A stretch of DNA of 63,051 nt, the filler included, from Octopus bimaculoides (lineage: Eukaryota): the NCBI RefSeq assembly GCF_001194135.2. It is 5 parts of 5 records of this genome, joined end to end, with 100 filler letters (N's around TTAATTAATTAA, not from the genome) between each part and the next. Parts side by side here need not be neighbours in the genome. Positions count along the whole stretch, not along the records: positions 1 to 19,751 come from NC_068982.1; 4 more parts are not named here. One strand, written 5' to 3'. Every line of letters starts with the position of its first letter. Within the stretch, counting starts at the first letter, position 1. The position numbers were made by a program, and so were the translations under genes. Shown here piece after piece: positions 1 through 11,285 of this stretch. The notes beneath the pieces were generated by a model that made no database searches, was not told where the DNA came from, and saw nothing but the letters and a program-made list of their open reading frames with translations.

Positions 1-88
1 TGTGTGTGTGTATGTGTGTGGAGTGAGAGAGAGAGAGAGGAGTAAGAGAGAGAGTGGTAGATGGGTAGAAAAATAGATTAATAGTTAA

Positions 89-148
<60 letters not shown>

Positions 149-150
149 TC

Positions 151-545
151 GAGAACAATTCTGCCAATCCATTGCTGTATGGGGAACTTGTCTCTCGAAA
201 GAGAAGACAGGAATGCCTCCACCTTTGTTTCTAATTATCTGCATGAGAAACATGAAGTTATATGTTGTTAGTTGCTCCCGCTGGAGAACGAAGCTAGGTA
301 AATGTTTAAAAAGGCGACAGGAGAGATGGAGGCTTACTAATACAAAAGAAAGCAAACTCGACCGAAAAAGAACGCTGCACTAGATCAAGATTTGTAGGTA
401 GGACCTTCAAATATAGGTCACTGTTGCCAGAACTGTCACTCACATGTTGGTCTATACAGCGACAACAGATGCTGTTCTACCAATAAGACCAATGCGAGAC
501 TCCTCAGGCACACGTCCATTGTATTGCGATGTCTACGAAGGTAAT
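151..545 (+). mobile_element. RTE-clade LINE, decayed 3' fragment of ORF2
   Basis: Frameshifted translation gives LLYGELVSRKRRQ...ICMRNMK...SRWRTKLG and CCQNCHSHVGLYS.NRCCS, matching the RTE ORF2 C-terminus (LLYGEL..G.R..GRP / C.SRIGL.SH.R.C). Flanked by (GT)n. Confidence 0.7.
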
Positions 546-627
546 TTATATTTGTATGTATGTATGCATGTGTGTACATATGTACGTAGTATATATGTGC
601 GTGCGTGTGTACGTATGTGCGTGAGTG

Positions 628-662
<35 letters not shown>

Positions 663-664
663 CG

Positions 665-740
665 ATTTCGGGTTCAGTTTCACTGCGTGGAACCTTAGGC
701 GTGTGTTTTCTATAAGACCAATGCTTTGTAAGAGGAATTA
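665..740 (+). mobile_element. SINE family B fragment (tRNA-derived head)
   Basis: GGGTTCAGTTTCACTGCGTGGAACCTTAGGC resembles the head of the full copy at 45255-45653. Confidence 0.5.
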
Positions 741-799
741 TTAGACGGTAATTGTGTGTAAGATGTGTGTGTGTGTGTGTATGTATGTGTGTGTGTGTG

Positions 800-837
<38 letters not shown>

Positions 838-1517
838 TGTACGTGTTGTGTACATTCAAGTCGATCATTCTGGAAAAATCTATGACATATATAAATTGAT
901 CAAAGAGATGCAAGCTATGTGTAGCTGAACGATTTCACATTTCTTTTAGATACAAGAATTCCTTCCAGATCCAAATTTTTTAGCAAATACAAGCACACGG
1001 AGAGATCTCTTTTGACGAACTGGAAGAGGCCATCCTCTCCAGAGCGAGCAAGTTGTCTTACAGACTTTGGCCTTCTCCTCGTTGATTCTACACCTACTAG
1101 ATTAATCATGATTTAGACGGATAAAAGGAGGAGAGCTCTTGATTTTTTTCCTTTCTTTTTTTTTTCTGTTTTTTAACTTTTGNNNNNNNNNNNNNNNNNN
1201 NNNNNNNNNNNNNNNNNNNNNNNNNNNNNNNNNNNNNNNNNNNNNNNNNNNNNNNNNNNNNNNNNNNNNNNNNNNNNNNNNNNNNNNNNNNNNNNNNNNN
1301 NNNNNNNNNNNNNNNNNNNNNNNNNNNNNNNNNNNNNNNNNNNNNNNNNNNNNNNNNNNNNNNNNNNNNNNNNNNNNNNNNNNNNNNNNNNNNNNNNNNN
1401 NNNNNNNNNNNNNNNNNNNNNNNNNNNNNNNNNNNNNNNNNNNNNNNNNNNNAAATGAATGAAGCGTTAATTGTCTATTCTTATTGAACAAATGAAATAT
1501 TAAATATCCATTCTTAT

Positions 1518-1560
1518 TGAACTAATATACTTTCTTGCATTTATGCAATCTTCAGGTTCA
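1518..1560 (-). ncRNA. Minimal type I hammerhead ribozyme in the PLE 3' terminal region
   Basis: Minus strand reads UGAAC-CUGAAGA-UUGCA(UAAA)UGCAA-GAAA-GUAUAU-UA-GUUCA: intact core, 5-bp stem I, 5-bp stem II and a palindromic stem III, on the same strand as the PLE ORF. Confidence 0.8.
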
Positions 1561-1799
1561 TGTGGTGATGGTGACAGTTCATTGGTTTCAATTGTGGTTA
1601 ACTGATTAAATTTTGTCCTTTATATACATTCCTGTGGATAGAAGTAGTAGTTGCTTGGCTACTTTTAGAAATGATGCCATACTATTTTTCAGTGTTTATT
1701 TTTAGAAATGATGACAGCAGTACTTTTCAGAGATTTTTCTTTTTTAAATATGGGCATAAGACTTTTAAACCTTAAATAAGATTATTTTTTTATCATTGT

Positions 1800-2375
1800 T
1801 TATTAAGTTTGGATTTGAATTTATTAATAAAGTCATTTTCTCTGTTTTCTCTCGATTTCATCCAGATTGTATAGTTTATGAAATGGAAATATTATAAATA
1901 TTTTCCGGCCACATGTTGCTAGGTGATTACTCAGCGGTATTTGGCAGACTTCTGGATTTTTAATTCGTTGTCAGTGCACACGTGAGCGTTCTGATAGTGC
2001 ATTGCTTGTCTGGCCAACATACAGTTCTTCACAATTCGAACATTTGATGCAATAGATTAAATTTCTGATTTTGCAGTTCATATTTGCGTTTGTGAATATT
2101 TACTCCGTTTTTGTGTTCATAGATGGGCTGGTATGAATTAATTGGCATGTACCGCATCGGCTATCATTGCATTTAGATACAGTGAATGGTTGGTCTTTGT
2201 TGCTAAGGTCAAACCTTGCCGTTGTTAATAACTTTTTCAAGCTTTTAAGCTGTCTTTTACTGAGACTTATAGTTTGGTCTGTAATGATATCTCTTAATTC
2301 CTTACTTTGAGCAGTGATTGGCAGGTTTGCTTTAGCGATATTGAAGATGTTCTGGTGGCATGGATTGTGCATCAC
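1800..2375 (-). pseudogene. PLE GIY-YIG endonuclease domain, disrupted
   Basis: IFTNANMNCKIRNLIYCIKCSNCEELYVGQTSNALSERSRVH*QRIKNPEVCQIPLSNHL, read by hand from the minus strand. Confidence 0.88.
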
Positions 2376-4123
2376 TATAAATGGAATGATTTGTTCTTGT
2401 TTTTCTCTTTTTGTGTCGTCCTCAGTTGTGTGGGTATTTTCATAGCCCGCTGAATACCAATTTCTATAAGTAGTGACGGGTATTTTTGTTCGAGCTGAAA
2501 TTCTTTCAGTTCCATCAGGGGCTGATACCTGATCTTCAAATCTTCCAAAATGGTACAGATTCTTCTAGCTAAGCAGTGTGGGATGTTACGTTTTGTATGT
2601 GGTGGATGGCACAATTTAAAATTCAGGTATTGATGTGTATCTGTGTGTTTATAATATATATCTGTGATAATGGTGGTGTTCTTTTTAATTACAATTATAT
2701 CTAGGAATGGTAATTTGGTACTGCTCATCTCCTTTGTAAATTGGATGGATGGGTGTAGGTTGTTCAGGAGGATATTGAACTCTTCCACAGTGTTTTGAGA
2801 TTTTGTCCAGATTATGAAGCAATTAATTGTCAAGGTATCTCTTCCATGCCTTTTCAATATATTTCCTAAATTCAGTGTTGTATCTCTCCTCTATTTCCTG
2901 GTAGAGTTTTTGTTCTAAGTATCCCATCACCGAGTTCGCGTAAACGGANNNNNNNNNNNNNNNNNNNNNNNNNNNNNNNNNNNNNNNNNNNNNNNNNNNN
3001 NNNNNNNNGTTTTGTATGTGGTGGATGGCACAATTTAAAATTCAGGTATTGATGTGTATCTGTGTGTTTATAATATATATCTGTGATAATGGTGGTGTTC
3101 TTTTTAATTACAATTATATCTAGGAATGGTAATTTGGTACTGCTCATCTCCTTTGTAAATTGGATGGATGGGTGTAGGTTGTTCAGGAGGATATTGAACT
3201 CTTCCACAGTGTTTTGAGATTTTGTCCAGATTATGAAGCAATTAATTGTCAAGGTATCTCTTCCATGCCTTTTCAATATATTTCCTAAATTCAGTGTTGT
3301 ATCTCTCCTCTATTTCCTGGTAGAGTTTTTGTTCTAAGTATCCCATCACCGAGTTCGCGTAAACGGAAGCAAACCTCGTTCCCATGGCCGTGCCTTTAAT
3401 TTGGATATAGTTCTTTCCATTGAAGAAGATAGTGTTGTTTTCCACAATAAGTCTGACTGAGTCTAATAGAAATGTCACTGTGAATCTGTTGGGAATTGCT
3501 TCTCTATGTTTATCTACCCAGTATTTAATCGTCTTTATTCCTAAATCATGTGGGATATTGGTGTAAAGGCTTACTACATCAAAGCTCGGAAGGATTGAGT
3601 TTGTTTCAGTTGTTTTGGGAAGGTGGGACAGGAAATCGATGTCATCCCGAATGAAGCTGGGTATGTAGGTACATAGTGGCTTCAAAATAATGTCGCTGAA
3701 ATTGCTTAGACGATGTGTAGGGAATTCTGGGCCAGCTATAATTGGTCTAAGTTTTAAGTCTTTTGAGTATAGTAATTGTATGTATTCACTTCCTTGTTCT
3801 TTTACTGCCTGTTGAATATCTTCTGATTTATGAATTTTTGGTAAGCCGTAAAAGTTGCTGGGTTTTGGCTCTAAATTGGTGATGCATTCTCTTTCACTGT
3901 CAGTGAGTGAGTTGTGTTTTGAAGCCAGGTAGTCGATCTTCTTCATGATGTGGTAGTCTTTATTAGAGGGTATTTCACAATAGAAGGTTATATCCTTCAG
4001 TTGGTCCGCAACCAAATCCTTATAGTATCCCACATCTATAATAACAATTGCACCCCCTTTATCTGCTTGTTTAATTATTATTGTTTCATCGCTTCGTATG
4101 CGTTTAAGTGCAGATATTTCTCA
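2375..4123 (-). pseudogene. PLE reverse transcriptase, disrupted
   Basis: ORFs 3242..4033 and 2375..2857 carry the PLE RT motifs. The catalytic YLDD appears as YLDN plus a 4-bp insertion. The 359-bp internal duplication across the N-gap is an assembly overlap. Confidence 0.92.
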
Positions 4124-4264
4124 TTTGTTAATGTTAGGCCTAACCTTAGTATTATGTTTTAAGAGAAAGTTTGAGAGGCTATCAATATATCGGTCAAGGT
4201 AGATATTTCTGCCTTTTGGTGGTGTGAAATTTGATTTATTCTTTACTAAGAATTCTTCGGTCTC

Positions 4265-4300
4265 ATTATTATTATCATTATTATTATTATTATTATTATT

Positions 4301-4387
<87 letters not shown>
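4265..4387 (-). repeat. (AAC)n(AAT)n microsatellite read in frame as poly-Asn within the PLE ORF
   Basis: 37 Asn + Asp + 3 Asn between RLVEFF and KSNFTPP in ORF 4121..4417. Confidence 0.9.
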
Positions 4388-5490
4388 GCTATTAGTGAAG
4401 AATTCCACAAGTCGCAACCTACGACAGAATTTTGGGATATCTTCCTTTAGTTCATGGTGGTAGAGTGTTGGTGTAGGTGTAAAGTTCAGGCCTTTTAACA
4501 GGATTTAGATTTCGTCATTGTCAAGATCTCTTTTGGAAAGATTAATTATTTTAGGATCTATACGACTAGTTGTTTTGGGTATGTTTCCTCTTCGAATTTT
4601 TCTTTCTCTGGTGTTTGTTGTACTGACATTAAAAAATGGATTTTTTTCTATTTGTGATTTCTATTTTTGTTGGTGTTAACTTGAAATTTGTGTTTTGGTT
4701 GTGTTATTTTACCTGGCTTTATGTTTTGTGTCTTACTTTTGGAATTATACATCTTATTTTTCAATTAGTATTGATTTTAATTATCTGAGAGAATGATCTA
4801 GGTTTGTTTCCAGTTCTAGATCAGTTTTTTCCCTGATCAAAGGAATATTTATCTTGTCTATGTTTTTTTTTTGTTTATATCGTGTACATTAGGGTGTTTG
4901 CGTATAAAAAGGTAAATGTTCTAACCATAGTTCCTCTTTAACTCATGGTGGAATGAGCGTCCATGTTGCCCCATGTTCTGGCTTTTGTTGCATTGATCAG
5001 ATTGTTCTCTTTTACTGTTATTTCTCTGGGTTCTATAGTCTTATCCGTAATTGGTAGCGTATTTATCGAGGAATAGTTGTTTCTGCTGCTATAATTTTCT
5101 TGATTTGCTCTTTTCTTTTGAGATATCTCTGGTCCATAGTTCTCGCATTTTCACCGCTAGATTGCCAGTTGCTAGTTTTGATATTTCATCTTCGATTAGG
5201 CTATCGATTGCTTCGTATTTGGCTTTGTAACGGGATTGTTTACACAGGATAATAGAGATGTCGGTTCTGAATTTTGTAAGGGTAAGGTCCCATGTATGTA
5301 TGTATGTATGTATGTATGTATGTATGTATGTATGTATGTATGTATGTATGCATGTATGTATGTATACATACATAAATCATTTAAATACTGTTTAGCATAA
5401 AACATTTAAATACTGTTTAGATTAAATGATATTTATCCTTCACTGGATGCAGTACTTCTTTTGTTAATCCTACAAATAACGAAACAGTAA

Positions 5491-5548
<58 letters not shown>

Positions 5549-5674
5549 ATATAGTATATTTGCCACCTAAATGTGCTAAATGTGGTGGACCCATAGGGGA
5601 CGCTGCTACTGTTGTTTATAGCCCCAGGAAGACAACTCCTCCAGTGGGTTAACGACACACTGTCTGTGTCCAAT

Positions 5675-6000
5675 TAGCCGGACTCAGTGGTTAGAGCGTC
5701 GGGTTCACAATCATGAGGTAGTGAGTTCGATTCCTGGATCGAGCTGTGTGTTGTATTCTTGAGCAAGACGCTTTATTTCACGTTGTTCCAATTCACTCAT
5801 CCGTAGAAATGAGCTGCGATGTCACTGGTGCCAAGCTGTATTGGCGTTTGCCTTTCCCTTGAATAACATCCGTGAACTGGAGATGGAAGGCTGGTATGCA
5901 TGGGCGACTGCTGGTTTTCCACACACAGCCTTTCCCGGACTTGTGCCTTGTGGGGGAGGACTTTCTAGGTGCAATCCAATATTCATTCATGACTGAAGGG
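5675..6000 (+). mobile_element. SINE family C (tRNA head + CORE-like segment), tail variant 1
   Basis: A box (GGACTCAGTGG), B box (GAGTTCGATTCC) and TTCTTGAGCAAGACGCTTTATTTCACGTTG core shared with 22125 and 31025. Confidence 0.8.
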
Positions 6001-6473
6001 GATATCCTTGTATATGCAGTTAACAGTTTTTTCCACTCGCTAATCTGTATAACTCATACATGTGAGTGTATTCATCCTTTACAATTGAATAAATAGACAC
6101 ACTTGAATGTTTACTGGCTGATGTCTGTCGATTTTATATCCCCGTTTTTTTTTTATTTGCCCTATAAATCATGGGTAAATCACTCTTTTACCCCTGCCCA
6201 GATATAAATATAATACTCAATTGCGAGATTGCCATGCAATAACTAACACTTGACTATGAATAATCGGGTACCCTACCAGCAGTATATTGGATAGGTACTA
6301 TCCCTTAGTTGGTTTTTCAACCTCTAACTCATGCAGAAATATGTATATGTATATATATATATATATATATAAAGGTATATATACATATATATAAAGGTGT
6401 GGTATTCAAGGCCTTGCATACCACACCTGCTTTCTGGTGGTTATTTTTTTTATACACACACATATTCGTTGAG

Positions 6474-6596
6474 TTAGTCACTTGCTGCTCTGAGTTTTGC
6501 GTGTGGTTCCACAGTGTCTTTAGGCAAGTTGAAGCACGTAATTTGCCTGAAGACACTGTGCATAAACGGGTGAAACTCAGAGTAGTAAGAGATTGG
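6474..6596 (+). ncRNA. Candidate structured RNA hairpin (pre-miRNA-like)
   Basis: Ungapped 57-position stem (41 Watson-Crick, 10 G-U, 6 mismatches) with a 9-nt loop. Mature sequence not recognised. Confidence 0.45.
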
Positions 6597-6633
6597 ACCC
6601 AGACCCAAATAAACAGTGTGTGTGTGTCTGTAA

Positions 6634-6666
<33 letters not shown>

Positions 6667-6674
6667 CACACACA

Positions 6675-6722
<48 letters not shown>

Positions 6723-6724
6723 CC

Positions 6725-6758
<34 letters not shown>

Positions 6759-7372
6759 NNNNNNNNNNNNNNNNNNNNNNNNNNNNNNNNNNNNNNNNNN
6801 NNNNNNNNNNNNNNNNNNNNNNNNNNNNNNNNNNNNNNNNNNNNNNNNNNNNNNNNNNNNNNNNNNNNNNNNNNNNNNNNNNNNNNNNNNNNNNNNNNNN
6901 NNNNNNNNNNNNNNNNNNNNNNNNNNNNNNNNNNNNNNNNNNNNNNNNNNNNNNNNNNNNNNNNNNNNNNNNNNNNNNNNNNNNNNNNNNNNNNNNNNNN
7001 NNNNNNNNNNNNNNNNNNNNNNNNNNNNNNNNNNNNNNNNNNNNNNNNNNNNNNNNNNNNNNNNNNNNNNNNNNNNNNNNNNNNNNNNNNNNNNNNNNNN
7101 NNNNNNNNNNNNNNNNNNNNNNNNNNNNNNNNNNNNNNNNNNNNNNNNNNNNNNNNNNNNNNNNNNNNNNNNNNNNNNNNNNNNNNNNNNNNNNNNNNNN
7201 NNNNNNNNNNNNNNNNNNNNNNNNNNNNNNNNNNNNNNNNNNNNNNNNNNNNNNNNNNNNNNNNNNNNGAAAAGAAATAGCAGCCGGACACACGTGACCA
7301 AGGCTGTGTGAAGAGAAAGAGTAGCAGAGGGAAAAGGAGGGGAGGAAGTAGAATAAAAGTGAGCAACGAGAG

Positions 7373-7420
<48 letters not shown>

Positions 7421-7519
7421 TAGTAGTAACGGTGAGAGGCGAAGGACGAGTAACAAAAGATAGAGAGAGAGAGAGAAGTAGTGACAGGTAGAGGCGAAGA
7501 ACAGTAGAAGGAAGATGTT

Positions 7520-8050
7520 TTGTAAACAACTTGCAGATGCAAGTGCTGCCAGTTGGAACCTTCGCATACCGGATGTCAGCGAGTTCATGTGGTCATCAGG
7601 AGAAAATGCGCGCGCTGTTTCAGGGCCTACCTTTTGACGGCATCATTGCTACCGGTCTCCCTCGCTGAAATGAGGCTCCGCCTGCTAGATCAACTGATCA
7701 TCAGATTTAGCTCAATATTCTTCTAGCCATTGCTCATCGTCTCTTTTTAACTAAATCCAGTGGCTTGTCTCTTTCCACTGTAGTTTGGATACCACTCATG
7801 GCGGTATTTCCTTTACAATGAGTGAGGCCTAACGATAACAACAGTCGCCTCACACTGTGTCCAACGAATCTCCTACATACGACTTTGATTGGAAAACGGT
7901 CCGCTTTCCGGCCTGCGTCTTCGCATTCCTCGAGGAGGTTTACATAACGGTCAATCTTTCGAGCCAAAGCGGCGTCCATGTTATCTTCATGAGAAACCGT
8001 TAACTCGACTAGATTTACCACTTTCTTTCACACCATATGATATTCGCATA
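7520..8050 (-). mobile_element. HERO-type (R2 group, RLE) non-LTR retrotransposon, 3' fragment
   Basis: IIWCERK..VNLVELTVSHEDNMDAALARKIDRYVNLLEECEDAGRKADRFPIKVVCRRFVGHSV matches the HERO RLE pattern ELTVPWE.N...A..RK..KY..L...C...GW....P+EVGCRGF.G.S. Confidence 0.85.
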
Positions 8051-9593
8051 CATATCTACACAAAATATATGGGTGTATGTATAAAAGTGTATATATGTAT
8101 ATATGTGTATCTATATATATATATATATATATACATATACAAAAATATTCATATGTGTATATACATATATATANNNNNNNNNNNNNNNNNNNNNNNNNNN
8201 NNNNNNNNNNNNNNNNNNNNNNNNNNNNNNNNNNNNNNNNNNNNNNNNNNNNNNNNNNNNNNNNNNNNNNNNNNNNNNNNNNNNNNNNNNNNNNNNNNNN
8301 NNNNNNNNNNNNNNNNNNNNNNNNNNNNNNNNNNNNNNNNNNNNNNNNNNNNNNNNNNNNNNNNNNNNNNNNNNNNNNNNNNNNNNNNNNNNNNNNNNNN
8401 NNNNNNNNNNNNNNNNNNNNNNNNNNNNNNNNNNNNNNNNNNNNNNNNNNNNNNNNNNNNNNNNNNNNNNNNNNNNNNNNNNNNNNNNNNNNNNNNNNNN
8501 NNNNNNNNNNNNNNNNNNNNNNNNNNNNNNNNNNNNNNNNNNNNNNNNNNNNNNNNNNNNNNNNNNNNNNNNNNNNNNNNNNNNNNNNNNNNNNNNNNNN
8601 NNNNNNNNNNNNNNNNNNNNNNNNNNNNNNNNNNNNNNNNNNNNNNNNNNNNNNNNNNNNNNNNNNNNNNNNNNNNNNNNNNNNNNNNNNNNNNNNNNNN
8701 NNNNNNNNNNNNNNNNNNNNNNNNNNNNNNNNNNNNNNNNNNNNNNNNNNNNNNNNNNNNNNNNNNNNNNNNNNNNNNNNNNNNNNNNNNNNNNNNNNNN
8801 NNNNNNNNNNNNNNNNNNNNNNNNNNNNNNNNNNNNNNNNNNNNNNNNNNNNNNNNNNNNNNNNNNNNNNNNNNNNNNNNNNNNNNNNNNNNNNNNNNNN
8901 NNNNNNNNNNNNNNNNNNNNNNNNNNNNNNNNNNNNNNNNNNNNNNNNNNNNNNNNNNNNNNNNNNNNNNNNNNNNNNNNNNNNNNNNNNNNNNNNNNNN
9001 NNNNNNNNNNNNNNNNNNNNNNNNNNNGGGGGTATTTTAACGTGGTGAGGAGGATGTTTTGTTATTCTTCGTGTCGGAGTGTGGGGAAGGTATGAGCAGT
9101 TGGTTGCAGCACGTGCGCGGTCGCTAAGGGTTGGGAGTGTGGGATGGAATCAGAGGTGAGATGTAGGGACGGGTGGGCGTTTGGGTGGAGGTGCCTGTAG
9201 TGTTTATCATATCGAGGAGTATAATAAAGAAGTTATAACAAAACAGGATAGATAAAATACAATGAAAAACATAAAAAAAGACAGATATTAGATATAATAT
9301 AAACAATACAGAAAGAAAAATAAGGAAAATGTAATAAGTATAAAGAAGATAGGGATGGTAGATGAAAAAAGTGTAATTCGGGAAAGTAAAGAGGGGTGGA
9401 AGTAAGAGTGAGTGAGTGAGAGACAGAGAGAGAAAGTGTAGATAAGGAGAAACTGAAAGAGAAGAGAGAGACAGAGAGAGAAAGAGTAAATAAAGAGAAA
9501 CTAAAATAAGAGGAAGGGGAGTAGATAAAGAGAGACGGAAAGAGGGGAGAGTGGGAAGAAGTCGAAAAGAAACTGAAATAGTAGAGAGAGCGG

Positions 9594-9657
<64 letters not shown>

Positions 9658-9862
9658 NNNNNNNNNNNNNNNNNNNNNNNNNNNNNNNNNNNNNNNNNNN
9701 NNNNNNNNNNNNNNNNNNNNNNNNNNNNNNNNNNNNNNNNNNNNNNNNNNNNNNNNNNNNNNNNNNNNNNNNNNNNNNNNNNNNNNNNNNNNNNNNNNNN
9801 NNNNNNNNNNNNNNNNNNNNNNNNNNNNNNNNNNNNNNNNNNNNNNNNNNNNNNNNNNNNNN

Positions 9863-9904
<42 letters not shown>

Positions 9905-10389
9905 CAGACAGAAAAAGACAGAGAGAGGAGTCAGGCCAAACAAGCTGAGTTTGAGTGAGAAACTGAAACTAACTGAAATGAGAGAGAGAAGGGGTGGAGT
10001 GAAAATAGGAAGAAAAGAGGCGAGAAGAAAGAGAGACGAAGAAAGAGACGATAAGAGATAGAAAAACAGTGAAAGCGAGTCTGTAATATATGAGAGAACG
10101 ATGAAACAGCTCCGGGCTAAATAAAATGTAATTAAGCAGAATTTAAGAATGGGGTTGCTTGTAAAGGTTACAGAATAACATTTTAAATTGCGAAGTAAAC
10201 GGACATTTTGTTGGGAATCATGTGGAGATATTTTCCACCAAATATAAAATATGTTCCTTATTTATGACAATACGTCACTGCAGCCACATAAACTAACAAC
10301 ATAGTACGGTATAAAGATCATGACATTATTCGTGTTGTTATTGCGGCCCTTGTGGCTAATAAAGAAAGAATTGTTATCATCATCATCGA

Positions 10390-10830
10390 AAGCGGAGAGC
10401 TAGGAGAATTGCTCACACGCCTGACAAAAATGTTTAGCGGCTTTTCGTTCGTGTTTGTGTTCTGAGTTCATATTCTGCTGAAGTCGACTTTACCTTTCAT
10501 CCTTTTGGGGTGGATAAAATAAGTACCAGTCAAGTACTGGGGTCTATGTAATCCACTTACCCCTCCATTCAAAATCCTGGTGGCCCTGTGCCAAAATTTG
10601 AAACCATTATTATTATTATTAAAGACAGCAATTTAGCACGCTGGACGAAATGTTCAGCGGTATTTCGCCCGTCGCTACGTTCTGAGTTCAAATTCCGCCG
10701 AGGTCGACTTTGCCTTTCATCCTTTCGAAGTCGATAAAATAAGTGCTAGTTGAACACTGGGGTCGATGTAATCGACTCATCTCTACCTTTTCCAAGCTAC
10801 TCTTGTGGTAAAAATTTGAAATAATCATTA
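10390..10830 (+). mobile_element. Two tandem SINE family A copies
   Basis: GAGTTCAAATTCCGCCGAGGTCGACTTTGCCTTTCATCCTTTC...GTCGATAAAATAAGT body occurs twice, separated by an (ATT)n tail. Confidence 0.85.
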
Positions 10831-11073
10831 ATAGTCGGACGTCGAGAATTAAGTGTCTGTAACACGATACACCCTTTCGTTTCTACGAGATATCCCGTTT
10901 TCTAGCTTCTCGGTATATCTACGATCTATATTACTGCATGAAGATCAAAACTTTCTCTTATTTTTATCTCTAGACCAAGAGCTAATCAACCATTGTTAAA
11001 CACACCTATGACAGCTCAGGCAACTCAGGCAACTGACTTTTTCATTTATAAAGGAGATGCAAACATAACAATT

Positions 11074-11285
11074 GGCATGGCTGCGGGGTTAAGAAGATCG
11101 CTTTGCAACCGCCTACATCCGGGTTCAGTCTCATTGCGCGGTAACTTGGGCAAGTACCTTCCATTATAGCCCCGAACTGACCAATACCTTGTGACTGAAT
11201 TTGGTAGACAGAAACTTACCCGCTACGTGGGACTGAACCCTAACCGGCGTTGTCGCAAAGCAGGCTTTTTAACCACGGCCATTTC
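11074..11285. mobile_element. SINE family B head (+) followed by an inverted SINE B head (-)
   Basis: GGGTTCAGTCTCA at ~11121 and its reverse complement TGGGACTGAACCC at ~11228. Confidence 0.7.

Larger units (their letters stand above)
1453..5291 (-). mobile_element. Penelope-like element (PLE), probably Neptune group; decayed and 5'-truncated
   Basis: Motifs in order: N-terminal region; KSNFTPPKGRN..LD.YI; IKQADKGGAIVI; RT motifs (SFDVVSLYTNIP, GTAMGT, WKRYLD[N]CFIIW); thumb (LPFLDI, YYKHTDTHQYL); C-x4-C-x2-C linker (CNDSRCGTC); GIY-YIG (NLIYCIKCSNCEELYVGQT...VH...NHL). Lesions: TGA at 4121-4123, 4-bp insertion at the YxDD motif, frameshift near 2375, TGA within GIY-YIG. Confidence 0.93.

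Noticed and set aside
2590-3367. Exact 359-bp direct duplication inside the PLE RT (2590-2948 and 3009-3367)
   Set aside because: The copies are identical and sit on either side of a 60-N gap, which indicates unmerged overlapping contig ends rather than biology.
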